In this document: positions 23,646 to 32,374 of the stretch, one piece after another
How positions within the stretch are numbered: the stretch's first letter is position 1
Layout of the letters: each line of letters starts with the position of its first letter
Virus record (IMG/VR): IMGVR_UViG_3300011335_000450
Location: 1 to 32,374 of that record
Length of the DNA stretch: 32,374 nt
Source of the DNA: a virus
Taxonomy: Duplodnaviria; Caudoviricetes
Reading direction: 5' to 3' (one strand)
Translations under genes and position numbers: made by a program
The notes under the pieces: model-generated
The model's database searches: none
Told to the model about the DNA's origin: nothing
What the model saw: the letters and a program-made list of their open reading frames with translations, nothing else

Positions 23646-25589
23646 ATGTCAGTTCTTTCAATCGACTTCGAGACCCGTAGCAGGGTCGATCTCAAGGTCC
23701 ACGGCCTTGATGTTTATTCATCCTCCCCCACAACAGAAATCATTTGCATAGCCGCAGGGTACACCGCGGACGACGTGCAGGTGTGGACGCCCGATCAGGT
23801 ACCCCAGTGGGTGTTGGACCATGCGGCGAATGGCGGCCTAATCGCCGCATGGAATGCGTCGTTTGAGCACCACATTTGGAACCGCGTAGGCACCCGCTTT
23901 GGGTGGCCTGAGATCCAGTGGGATCAACTGATTGACTCCATGGCCATCGCGGCCGCAAACAACATCCCCCAAGACTTGGACACGGCCGGCGATGTAATGC
24001 AGGCAGACTTCCAAAAAGACAAGCGCGGTAAGAAGCTTATTCAACTGTTGAGCAAACCCAAGCGCGACGGCACGTTCAGCGAGGACCCAGTGATCATGGC
24101 CGAGATGCTTGAGTACTGCAAGCGCGACGTGCAGACTGAAATTGCGATCGTCGGAAAGTTACGCAAACTGTCACCATCCGAGCAGTCTGTTTGGGTGGCC
24201 ACGCAGAAGATCAACCAACGCGGTGTTCCAGTGAACCCCACAGAGTTGAACAACATTATGAACGTGGTGGATCACGAGATGAGCCACATCAACGAAGAGA
24301 TCACGCGCCTGACCGGTGGCATTGAGGTGTCCAAGCGCGAACAACTGCTTAACTGGTTTAGGTCCAAGAACGTGATGTTGACAGACATGCAGGCCGAAAC
24401 AATTGAGAACGAGGCTAAGAAGACCCACACCGACCCAGACGTCAGTAAGGTGCTGAAGTTGCGCTCTGAGGGGTCTAAGACGTCTGTCACCAAGTTTAAC
24501 AAAATGGCCGACGTGCAGGTGGGTGGACGTATTCGTAACGGTCTGGTATACCACGGCGCCTCTACAGGACGTTGGGCCAGTCGAGGGATCAACCTGCAGA
24601 ACATTGCGCGGCCCGCGCTGTGGATGAAGGACCAAGACATTGCAGACGCGGTGCAGATCGGTCTGGAGCATGGTGGTTACTTGGCCATGAAGGAGCGCTT
24701 TGGTGACCGCGTGATGGACGCGTGCTCGTCGATTGTGCGCAACGCCATCAAGGCGCCTGAAGGGTACACCTTTGTGGACGCTGACCTGTCATCGATCGAG
24801 AACAGGGTGGCGTCGTGGATCGCGGGCCAGAATGACAAGGTGGAGTTGTTCCGCCAAGGTCTGGACGAGTACAAGACGTTCGCGTCAACAAGCCTGTACA
24901 AGGTGCCCTACGAACAGGTGACCAAAGACATGCGTCAGGTCAGCAAGTCTGCTGTGCTCGGTTGCATGTTTGGGCAGGGCGCAAAGGGCCTTGTGGCCTA
25001 CGCTGAAGGCATGGGGGTGATGTTGGACCTAGGACAGGCAGAGAACGCTGTGAACGCGTACAGGCTGTCTTATGCCAAGGTGAAGAACTGTTGGTTCCTA
25101 ATGGGCCAAGCGGCCATCGACGCCATCAAGGAGCCGGGAAGCCCGTTTAAGGCCGGTAAGGTAACGTTTAAGGTGCTTAAAGGCGCGTTGTGGATGCAAC
25201 TGCCCAGTGGCCGCTTAATTTGTTGGCAAGCCCCTGAGGTCATTCAGGAGCACACGCCATGGGGTAAGTTGGCTGACGTGGTGTATGTCACCAGTCAGAA
25301 CACTTTCACCCGCAAGTGGGGCCGCAACAAGCTTATTGGGTCTAGCATCTTCCAGTCCGCCGTTCAAGGAACCGCAAGAGATTTTCTTGCCGAGGCTACG
25401 CTTGAACTGGAGGGTAAAGGCGTGTCGGTGATTAACCTGATCCATGATGAAATTCTTTCGTTATGCCGTGTAGAAGACGCGAAACAAACTGAAGAATTGG
25501 TGATGAAGTCATTGACCACACCACCAAGTTGGGCGGGAGATTTCCCGCTTGCGGCAGAGTCTTGGATCGACACACGCTACCGCAAATAA
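23646..25589 (+). CDS. polA: Family A DNA polymerase (3'-5' exonuclease + polymerase), APSE-like
   Basis: IDFET, AWNASFE, TGRWAS, motif A DLSSIENR, motif B RQVSKSAVLGCMFG, motif C IHDE. Confidence 0.93.
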   Translation: MSVLSIDFETRSRVDLKVHGLDVYSSSPTTEIICIAAGYTADDVQVWTPDQVPQWVLDHAANGGLIAAWNASFEHHIWNRVGTRFGWPEIQWDQLIDSMAIAAANNIPQDLDTAGDVMQADFQKDKRGKKLIQLLSKPKRDGTFSEDPVIMAEMLEYCKRDVQTEIAIVGKLRKLSPSEQSVWVATQKINQRGVPVNPTELNNIMNVVDHEMSHINEEITRLTGGIEVSKREQLLNWFRSKNVMLTDMQAETIENEAKKTHTDPDVSKVLKLRSEGSKTSVTKFNKMADVQVGGRIRNGLVYHGASTGRWASRGINLQNIARPALWMKDQDIADAVQIGLEHGGYLAMKERFGDRVMDACSSIVRNAIKAPEGYTFVDADLSSIENRVASWIAGQNDKVELFRQGLDEYKTFASTSLYKVPYEQVTKDMRQVSKSAVLGCMFGQGAKGLVAYAEGMGVMLDLGQAENAVNAYRLSYAKVKNCWFLMGQAAIDAIKEPGSPFKAGKVTFKVLKGALWMQLPSGRLICWQAPEVIQEHTPWGKLADVVYVTSQNTFTRKWGRNKLIGSSIFQSAVQGTARDFLAEATLELEGKGVSVINLIHDEILSLCRVEDAKQTEELVMKSLTTPPSWAGDFPLAAESWIDTRYRK

Positions 25590-25632
25590 GGGCGAAGAGG
25601 GGGGTGGTTTGGTAGCCACTCTTCTCCCCCAA
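25590..25632. terminator. Imperfect hairpin between convergent transcription units
   Basis: GGGGGGTGG...CCACTCTTC stem in the 45-bp gap between the two stop codons; no U-tract. Confidence 0.4.
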
Positions 25633-25634
25633 GC

Positions 25635-28600
25635 CTATAAGTGTGTCAAACCACCCTGTGCGTAGTTCACGCCGTACTTGGTTTTTAGTCGTGGGTCTTT
25701 CCACGATGTTTTCTCTACGTCACGCGCCAGCACCAGTGGTCCAGCCTGAATCTTCTCAGCCGCGCTCCATACAGGTTGCATGTCGGCCTTGTCGTAGAAC
25801 TGTGACCCGCGGTATGGGTTCATACCGATTTGGCGCCATGTGGGGTCTTTTAAGGCCTCTGCAAGCATCCTACGGACCTCGTCGTTGCTTGTGACTTGGT
25901 TGTCACCAACCATCATGGCAAACGGCGCCTTGCCTTGACCCTCTTCAAGTGCCAAGGGGGTCATTCCTTGTTCTCTGGTTCCAAGGCCCGCGCGAATAGC
26001 CCTATTGGGGTCAGACTGGAACTCCACGTTCTTTAAGTGGCCTGTGTGACCATAGGCAATTGGTTTGCCTCCGCTTGAAGGGTCGTGCATTGTGTCCACG
26101 TAGGTACCAAAACGCTCGTACGCAGGAATGTCAAGGCGGTTACCAACGCGCATGCCCTGTGGTGCAAATAAATTCACACCCAAAATACCCTTGTCCTCAA
26201 CCTGATTTCTATTTAGTGCAGAAGCAATGTCTGTGTCAGAGTGTGCTCTTGGCACTTCTGTTAACGGGCGAATTGGCCTGCGCTCGTTCATAATGCGCAG
26301 GTAGTCAGCCTGTGATATTTTGCCTGTCATGTACGCTTCAAGCGCTTGGGCCAGTTGGGGGTCCTGCTGTTGTTTATATGGTTTTGCGTTGGCCTTACGC
26401 CAAGACTCAAGCTTCTCAGGCGTCAGCTTGAGTATGTCGTACGCTGACTCAGCAAGTCGCGTCAAACCACCCACCTTACCACCACGATCAAAGTGCTGTA
26501 CCTGACCCCCCTCTGCAAACGCACTGGACTGCAGATCTTTAATCCACTCTTCAGTAATCAACTGACGTGGGTAGACGCGCTCTGAAGCGCCCTCAGGCGT
26601 GTAGCCCAAGGTATGCTCATAGTAGCCGGGTTGCTTTAATGAGCCAGACTTCTTAGGCATTGTGTTGCCTGTGTCTGTACGCCATTGTTTTTGGAAGTCG
26701 CGCAAAGACAACTCAGACGGCACCGGTTGGTATGTTACGCCAAGGTCTTCGCCATATAGTTGGTAAGGGTACGCTCTGTTTAAATCTGATCGAGCCGCTT
26801 GTTCTGTTTGACCAGACAGTTTGAACGCGCGAGGACCCATAGCAAAAGAGGGAGCGCCTTGGGTAAGTGGGTCGCTCATCGAGTTTAGGATGTTTTGATA
26901 ATCAAAAATACGGCCCTTAGATTTGCCCATACCCTCGTTACCAAACGCATGGTTTGCAATCGCTTTACGCGTGTCAAACGTGTCACCATATTTCTTGAGC
27001 ATGTTCTGGTCCAGAACATCAAATCCCTCAATTGCGTCAAACTTTGGTTTGGCAATACCTGAACTTAAACCTCCTGTTTGCATGTACCGATTGATCTCGG
27101 CAATTTTTTCAGGGGTTAAGTTGTGTTTATTTTTATAGAATTCTTTAAGCAGTTTGTCATACACCACTTGATTTGACTGGTGCATGTTCTCTGAGCCAAG
27201 CAAGGGCGCAAAGATCTGACGCTCTGCACCACCATAGCGGGGGTCAGTGGCCAAGTTTGAGATTGCCGTTGCTGTAGAGGGCTTGCCAGAGCCCCAAACG
27301 CGGTTAGCGTACTCAGGGCGCGCTAAAGAGTTTGCGCTGTAGCTAGGGCCTCCAACGCCGCCCATGCGGTCCGCTTGGGTTGGTACAAAGTACTGGCCAA
27401 GATAGTTCTGAGCCCAGTCAGATAGTTTGCCTACCTTTTGACTACCAAGTTGCCACGCGGCTTTTGCCGCACCAGTACGTCCACCACCATCAAAGTGCTC
27501 AACGGCGGACAGTCCGCCGTCCGGCTTTTTTATTGCACCACCTTTTTTTAACTTAGGCGGTGTGCCATCTGGTTGCAGGGTTGATTTGGTTTGGTCTTTA
27601 GTGTTGAAAACATCCCACACTTTTTGCGCCGCTCCACCGATAACACCCGCCGCCGCACCAAATGCTTTAGCTTTCGGGTTGCCTGACGCAGTTGCTCCAA
27701 AACCAGCAGAACTAATTGCACCAAGGCCTGCACCGACAGGGTCATTAGCCCCGCGTTGGTATGCGTCCGCGGCTTGAATGGCCGCCAAACCACCGGAAAC
27801 AGCGTTAGCACCTTGACCAAAGCGTGAGCCGGGGCTCACTGTTTTAGGTGTTGGCACACGCTCCAACGCAAGAGGAGCGGGGTATTGCGGCAACCCCTGT
27901 AGTAAAGGATGTTGTTGAAAGATTTGTGGCGGGCGAGCCGGTGTTGCGTTAGGAGGAAGCATAAGACCTGTTGTCTTATCAAATTGAACTCCGGGCATCA
28001 TGGCTTTGGCTTGGCGTTCTTTTTTAACGCCTTCTTCACCCATTGCTCCTGCTTCTTTCATACTTAAAGCTTCTTGGCCTTCAACAAAAGGTATTGCTCC
28101 TCTGTATTGGCCTAAAGACCAATTGCTTATGTCAGCACCTTGCACTTTAGCCGCAGAATCCATTAACTCTTTACGCAACTTCAACGCGTCATTGTGTGCT
28201 CTCACGTCGGCGTCATACTGAGCCTGTAAAGCTTGATTGCGGATTTGTGCGGCTTGCATTGGAATTTTGCTTTGAGAAACTTCCGCCTGAAATTTTTCGC
28301 CCGACTTAGGTTTGTCTTGTCCAAACGTAGCACCAGCGAGAGCACCAACAACTCCCGCGCCTTGAACAAAAGGATTTAAAAACCTATTAGAGTCTTGTCT
28401 GGTAATTTTATCAATCTCGTCTAACGCGTCGAGATCCAAAGGGGTCACTTCGTATGTGCCGCTTCCAAGTTTATTTTCTTTAGCCATTGGTTGTACTCCT
28501 TGTGGCGCCGTAGTTTGTGTTGCCTGTGCTACTTGTGTTGCTTGTGGCGCCGTAGTTTGTGTTGCCTGTGGTACCGTTGGTTGATAGCCAGCGTAACCTC

Positions 28601-29000
28601 TAACTTTTTGAATATGATTTAACGCGGCGGAGCTTGCTTTTCCGTTTGTAAAGTAATCGCTATTTGGGCCATCGTGGTAAGCAATCAATGTTTTATCAAC
28701 ATCGCCTTTGTATTTGTCATATAACATTTTTCCATACTTAACACCGCCACGAATATTTTCTGCTTCGTTGTAACGGTTGACACCCATGTCTTTGGCGGCC
28801 GCCTTACCGAGCATCATCACACCAAGAGGGCCTGATCCAGATTTTTTGTTTTGGTCAAAACCACTTTCTTGCATGGCCATAGCAAGCGCAAGTTCTTGTG
28901 GAAACCCTTGCGCTTGCGCTTCCGCAATGACGCGCTTGGCAGTTGCCTGCCGTCTAGCGTCAAGCCTAGTTACCCAATCAGGAACGTTGTTTTGCGCCAT
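25635..29000 (-). CDS. Large virion/ejection protein: N-terminal soluble lytic transglycosylase plus GG-motif-delimited modules
   Basis: QESGF, GVMML, NIRGG..Y, AYHDG SLT motifs; repeated [FY]xxGG motifs. Confidence 0.8.
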   Translation of the reverse strand: MAQNNVPDWVTRLDARRQATAKRVIAEAQAQGFPQELALAMAMQESGFDQNKKSGSGPLGVMMLGKAAAKDMGVNRYNEAENIRGGVKYGKMLYDKYKGDVDKTLIAYHDGPNSDYFTNGKASSAALNHIQKVRGYAGYQPTVPQATQTTAPQATQVAQATQTTAPQGVQPMAKENKLGSGTYEVTPLDLDALDEIDKITRQDSNRFLNPFVQGAGVVGALAGATFGQDKPKSGEKFQAEVSQSKIPMQAAQIRNQALQAQYDADVRAHNDALKLRKELMDSAAKVQGADISNWSLGQYRGAIPFVEGQEALSMKEAGAMGEEGVKKERQAKAMMPGVQFDKTTGLMLPPNATPARPPQIFQQHPLLQGLPQYPAPLALERVPTPKTVSPGSRFGQGANAVSGGLAAIQAADAYQRGANDPVGAGLGAISSAGFGATASGNPKAKAFGAAAGVIGGAAQKVWDVFNTKDQTKSTLQPDGTPPKLKKGGAIKKPDGGLSAVEHFDGGGRTGAAKAAWQLGSQKVGKLSDWAQNYLGQYFVPTQADRMGGVGGPSYSANSLARPEYANRVWGSGKPSTATAISNLATDPRYGGAERQIFAPLLGSENMHQSNQVVYDKLLKEFYKNKHNLTPEKIAEINRYMQTGGLSSGIAKPKFDAIEGFDVLDQNMLKKYGDTFDTRKAIANHAFGNEGMGKSKGRIFDYQNILNSMSDPLTQGAPSFAMGPRAFKLSGQTEQAARSDLNRAYPYQLYGEDLGVTYQPVPSELSLRDFQKQWRTDTGNTMPKKSGSLKQPGYYEHTLGYTPEGASERVYPRQLITEEWIKDLQSSAFAEGGQVQHFDRGGKVGGLTRLAESAYDILKLTPEKLESWRKANAKPYKQQQDPQLAQALEAYMTGKISQADYLRIMNERRPIRPLTEVPRAHSDTDIASALNRNQVEDKGILGVNLFAPQGMRVGNRLDIPAYERFGTYVDTMHDPSSGGKPIAYGHTGHLKNVEFQSDPNRAIRAGLGTREQGMTPLALEEGQGKAPFAMMVGDNQVTSNDEVRRMLAEALKDPTWRQIGMNPYRGSQFYDKADMQPVWSAAEKIQAGPLVLARDVEKTSWKDPRLKTKYGVNYAQGGLTHL

Positions 29001-29002
29001 TC

Positions 29003-30811
29003 TTACGCTTCTCCGGGATACTTAGGAGGATTCTTAATTTGCATTGTTTTGGCTGTGTTGTAGTAATGATCGCGTTTCATTTCCTTATACACGGGACTAC
29101 TCTTAAACTGTTGCCAACTCTGACCGGATTTTTGCGCTTGTTCCCACTTGTCATTTATTTGCTGTGCGTTGGCACTTGCAATTTCCAGCATCTTCATTTT
29201 GACCATCATGTTTCGCGCAGAATCTCGGTTGATGTCTCCAACCGCACGCTCTACTAACTCGCGTTCAAAGTTAGACACAGCGCCTTGACCTTTCATTACG
29301 CGTTGTGCGTAATCCAAGTTGATTTGGGCCATACTGGCTGTAATACGTGTCCAAGCTTCCAAACGTTTTGGATTGTCTTTTGCGCCGGGGTCAACCTGCT
29401 GTAAGAAGTCGTTAATGCCGGGAACGCTGATAGAACCAAACTGGCCAATTTGAACACCGGATTTCATTAAGCCAGCGATTGCAGACCCTAAAGAAGGTTG
29501 GTTCAATTTAGCAAACAAATCTTTATGTTCTTTAACGTCCTGCATCACCCTGTTGGCAAGCAAAATGTTAGTTGGTGCGGCATCCACAGCGGCGCGCAAA
29601 GCGCCTTGTTCCGCGGCAAATGTTTCGGCCATTTTTTCGGCTTCTTTTGTGTCACCAGCAACACCAACAGCGGCCTCTTTAGCTTGTTGTTCAATAGCTT
29701 TTTTGTTTCTTTCGGCCTCAAACTCTGCATAAGAAGGAGAACTTCTTGGGTTAGGGTTCGGCATGTTTAAAATACTTGCCAAAGCTGGAGAAACGTTGCC
29801 ACTAGGTGCAGTTGATACAGCCGGCGCGGGCCTAGGTGCAGGGGCCGCCGCTACAGGTGCAGGGGCCGCCGCTACAGGTGCAGGACCTCCAACGGGTGCA
29901 GGAGCCGCCGCTACAGGTGCAGGGCCTCCAACAGGAGCAGTACCTCTAACCGGGGCATTAGGTGCTGTTGCAGGAGCGCCACCAAACTGTGAAGGCACGT
30001 TAAACATTTTGCCGATAATTTCTGCGGCGCTTGTTTGCATTTCTCGACCTGCGTTAGCGTCGTAGTATTTAAACGGCTGGTACATGTTGCCTGCTTTAGC
30101 CGCTGTAATAATTTGATTACGAACGTCAGGAGGCAAGAAACTCAGTTCACGTTGCAAATCTGTTGGCTTGGTTAAAGTCAACATTTGTTTGAGCGCCTCT
30201 TGTGGGTTGGATACGGCCAACTGTGCCAGTGTTGCCGCTTGTAGCGCGTTTAATGGAGGAGCCTCGGCACCACCTTGAGGAGCCGGTGCCGCACCACCTT
30301 GAGGAGCCGGTGCCGCACCACCTTGAGGAGCCGGTGCCGCACCACCTTGAGGAGCCGGTGCCATACCGCCTGCACTTGGTTCAGGCAGTGGGGGTAGTCC
30401 TTGTGCGGCGCGCAAGGTGTTGTTAATCATGCGTTGCTGATTAGCCGCTTGCATCTTCTCTTGCAACAGGCGGTCTTCTTGTGTCTTCAACTGGGCCATG
30501 TTGACACGCATGTTGAACACATCTTGGTCGTTGGTGCGCTCTTTGGTGCTCTGCGCCTGCATGTTCTGGGCCATCTCGTTTTGGGTGCTACCAAGAACAG
30601 AACGCATTTGGTCCATGCCCTGCTGAAAGCTACCTTTGTAAGCTTGACGTTGCTCAATCATTTGTTGGAGGTAGTCGCGGATACTGGCGCTGTCGTCCAT
30701 GCCGAGTGCGACGCCCTTGTTGCCAAGAACGTTCAGTCCGCTCTTGCCAAGCATTTCGCCTTTTACAAGCGGCAGTCCGCCTGTTGGTTCAGTCGTTGTT
30801 GGGATTTCCAT
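29003..30811 (-). CDS. Putative DNA-ejection/internal virion protein with Pro/Ala repeats
   Basis: Gln/Ala-rich helical sequence; GQGAVSNFE motif; position among virion genes. Confidence 0.65.
   Translation of the reverse strand: MEIPTTTEPTGGLPLVKGEMLGKSGLNVLGNKGVALGMDDSASIRDYLQQMIEQRQAYKGSFQQGMDQMRSVLGSTQNEMAQNMQAQSTKERTNDQDVFNMRVNMAQLKTQEDRLLQEKMQAANQQRMINNTLRAAQGLPPLPEPSAGGMAPAPQGGAAPAPQGGAAPAPQGGAAPAPQGGAEAPPLNALQAATLAQLAVSNPQEALKQMLTLTKPTDLQRELSFLPPDVRNQIITAAKAGNMYQPFKYYDANAGREMQTSAAEIIGKMFNVPSQFGGAPATAPNAPVRGTAPVGGPAPVAAAPAPVGGPAPVAAAPAPVAAAPAPRPAPAVSTAPSGNVSPALASILNMPNPNPRSSPSYAEFEAERNKKAIEQQAKEAAVGVAGDTKEAEKMAETFAAEQGALRAAVDAAPTNILLANRVMQDVKEHKDLFAKLNQPSLGSAIAGLMKSGVQIGQFGSISVPGINDFLQQVDPGAKDNPKRLEAWTRITASMAQINLDYAQRVMKGQGAVSNFERELVERAVGDINRDSARNMMVKMKMLEIASANAQQINDKWEQAQKSGQSWQQFKSSPVYKEMKRDHYYNTAKTMQIKNPPKYPGEA
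30265..30363 (-). repeat. 24-bp coding tandem repeat, about 4 copies (APAPQGGA)
   Basis: GCACCACCTTGAGGAGCCGGTGCC units; further PAPVAAA/PVGG repeats near 29830-29940. Confidence 0.9.
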
Positions 30812-30813
30812 AA

Positions 30814-31626
30814 TTAGTACTCGCCTTCACCAAACGTGCCACTACCACTTCCATAATAATCTAACGTATTATTTTGCATTAAATCATTCAACCATTTGTA
30901 CGATGATTTGCCACTTAAAGCCTCGGTCAACGCTGTACCACCACCACCAATTGCACCAAGCCCTGCCAAGAAGTTAGCATAGTCACCCTTAGAGGTTTCT
31001 GTTGCAACGCTCTTGTTGGTTGCTGGTCCCATGTTGTTAATAATGTCGCTGTACTTGGCCAGTGTGGGCAAGCCGCCCATCATCTCTTGGGTTGCTGTGT
31101 TTAATGCGGTGGTGCCGTACTGCGCACCCACATTACCCAAAGCCTGACCCGCTTGGATAGACTGTTGCATTGCGTCCATGGCCGCTTTGTTTTGTTGTTC
31201 AGACAGCGTGGTCAACGCCCCTGCACGCGCGGTGTTAATAGCTGTTTGGTCGCGTAAAGAACCATAGTTACCCGAAGCAATACCACCCGCGCCAACCTGA
31301 GACGTAATCTGTGGGAGGATTTGGTCCAACTTGGCGTTTTGAGACGCAAACAAACCACCTAATGGGGTAGCTGTGTTGGGAGCACCAGTGGCAAGAAACG
31401 GGTTAGCGTTGGCCGTCTGCGCTGTTTGTAGACCGCTAATTGCCGTTGTGAAAGGGTTGGATGTTTGGCTGTTGAGATCGCCAATTAAACCGGCCGCAAC
31501 AGTGCTCCCCGGGGCCGTGGCCGCTTGGTATGTCTGTGGTGCCTGTGTGGCAATGTTTTGTTGTGCAGTAGTAAACCACGTCGGCAGTGTTGTGTTAACT
31601 GTACTTTTTGAATCAAAAACGCTCAT
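30814..31626 (-). CDS. Putative ejection/pilot protein, 270 aa
   Basis: Ala/Gly/Gln/Thr-rich; AAGGA RBS; ATGA overlap with the upstream gene. Confidence 0.6.
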   Translation of the reverse strand: MSVFDSKSTVNTTLPTWFTTAQQNIATQAPQTYQAATAPGSTVAAGLIGDLNSQTSNPFTTAISGLQTAQTANANPFLATGAPNTATPLGGLFASQNAKLDQILPQITSQVGAGGIASGNYGSLRDQTAINTARAGALTTLSEQQNKAAMDAMQQSIQAGQALGNVGAQYGTTALNTATQEMMGGLPTLAKYSDIINNMGPATNKSVATETSKGDYANFLAGLGAIGGGGTALTEALSGKSSYKWLNDLMQNNTLDYYGSGSGTFGEGEY

Positions 31627-32374
31627 TTTCTTCCTTTCATGTGCGCGCTAGATAGATATTCTAGCGGGCCTTTGCTTTCTGGTGGCAACTCGCCCGGGGG
31701 GTTAGAGTGCTTGTGTTCGCGGATTGTTTTAATAAACTGGTCCAAAATATCTGCACCAGAGTCACTGGAGCCGTTACCTAAAGCAGACACGACGTCTGCA
31801 GGCAACACAAATTCGCTGTTAGCCACCATGGCGGGGATCTGGTCTGACGTACCATCACCACGACCTTGGATGTAGGTTGTTCCCGCGCCACCCTCAGAGT
31901 AGAACTCTGGTTGGCCCATGGGGTGCTCGGGCACCATGCCTCCCTCTGCGAAGGAGAAGAAATTGATTAAGTCCAAAGCAGGGGCCTCTTCTTTGTTTTT
32001 TTCCTCTTCCTTTTTATCCGTTTCTTCTTCGGGTGTCAAGGTTTTTTCAGGAGTGGATTGTGGTATTGCTACACCCGCCAAGCTAAATAGCAGGGGGTTC
32101 AAAATTGGCGCGGCTTCATACGCGTTTTTGTAAGACAGCTTTGTGTCCGCGGCAAGGACCGGTGTTGGCGTGTACGCGGCGCCTGACCCAATTCTTGTTG
32201 CAGGGGACGGCGTTGGCGTTGGCGTTGGCGTTGGCGTTGGCGTTGGCGTTGGCGTTGGCGTTGGCGTTGGCGTTGGCGTTGGCGAAGGGGCCGGTGCAGG
32301 AGCAGGAGCAGGTGCGGGTGCAGGGGCCGGTGCAGGAGCAGGGGCCGGTGCAGGGGCAGGGGCCGGTGCGGGCG
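31623..32374 (-). CDS. 3' part of a virion protein, truncated by the window end; (PA)n/(PT)n linker and GxGDGTSDxIPA...EFV domain
   Basis: The frame of ORF 31623-32102 stays open to the window end; FAEGG and YSEGG motifs. Confidence 0.8.
   Translation of the reverse strand, partial: PAPAPAPAPAPAPAPAPAPAPAPAPAPAPSPTPTPTPTPTPTPTPTPTPTPTPTPSPATRIGSGAAYTPTPVLAADTKLSYKNAYEAAPILNPLLFSLAGVAIPQSTPEKTLTPEEETDKKEEEKNKEEAPALDLINFFSFAEGGMVPEHPMGQPEFYSEGGAGTTYIQGRGDGTSDQIPAMVANSEFVLPADVVSALGNGSSDSGADILDQFIKTIREHKHSNPPGELPPESKGPLEYLSSAHMKGRK
32211..32374 (-). repeat. Coding hexamer repeats: (CGTTGG)12 = Pro-Thr, followed on the + strand by Pro-Ala repeats
   Basis: Direct reading of 32211-32282 and 32288-32374. 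Confidence 0.9.

Overview
The window is a 32-kb part of a tailed dsDNA phage genome, probably podovirus-like, with an APSE-type replication module. A freshwater or Betaproteobacteria host is only a guess. (1) 1-790 is a non-coding leader. It holds a poly-A/iteron element, six ATACCC-N4-GGGTAT palindromes (CsoR/FrmR-operator-like), seven alternating sigma-54 -24/-12 boxes, a Fur-like box and other palindromes. (2) 823-7548 is an early region of small + strand genes, punctuated by a repeated 20-bp promoter-like motif and a repeated hairpin. (3) 7547-7718 is a second iteron/poly-T element, inverted relative to the first. (4) 7734-13180 holds small accessory genes, including a sigma-70-family factor lacking region 4, a Rap1a-like protein and a tandem 2OG-Fe(II) oxygenase/prolyl-4-hydroxylase. 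(5) 13214-25589 is the replication and nucleotide-metabolism module: primase-polymerase/SF3 helicase, VRR-NUC, HNH-like nuclease, SNF2 helicase, a sigma-region-4-like protein, probable TerS, DUF2800 nuclease, DUF2815 SSB, class II RNR, DUF5664 and family A DNA polymerase. (6) 25635-32374 holds convergent - strand virion/ejection genes (SLT domain, GG-motif modules, Pro-rich repeats); the last is truncated by the window edge. The most notable candidates are a leader packed with host transcription-factor sites, a possible split sigma factor, paired P4-like origin elements, repeat-bounded early gene cassettes, an anti-RBS small RNA and SSB-tail mimics. All family calls come from motifs read by eye; no searches were run.
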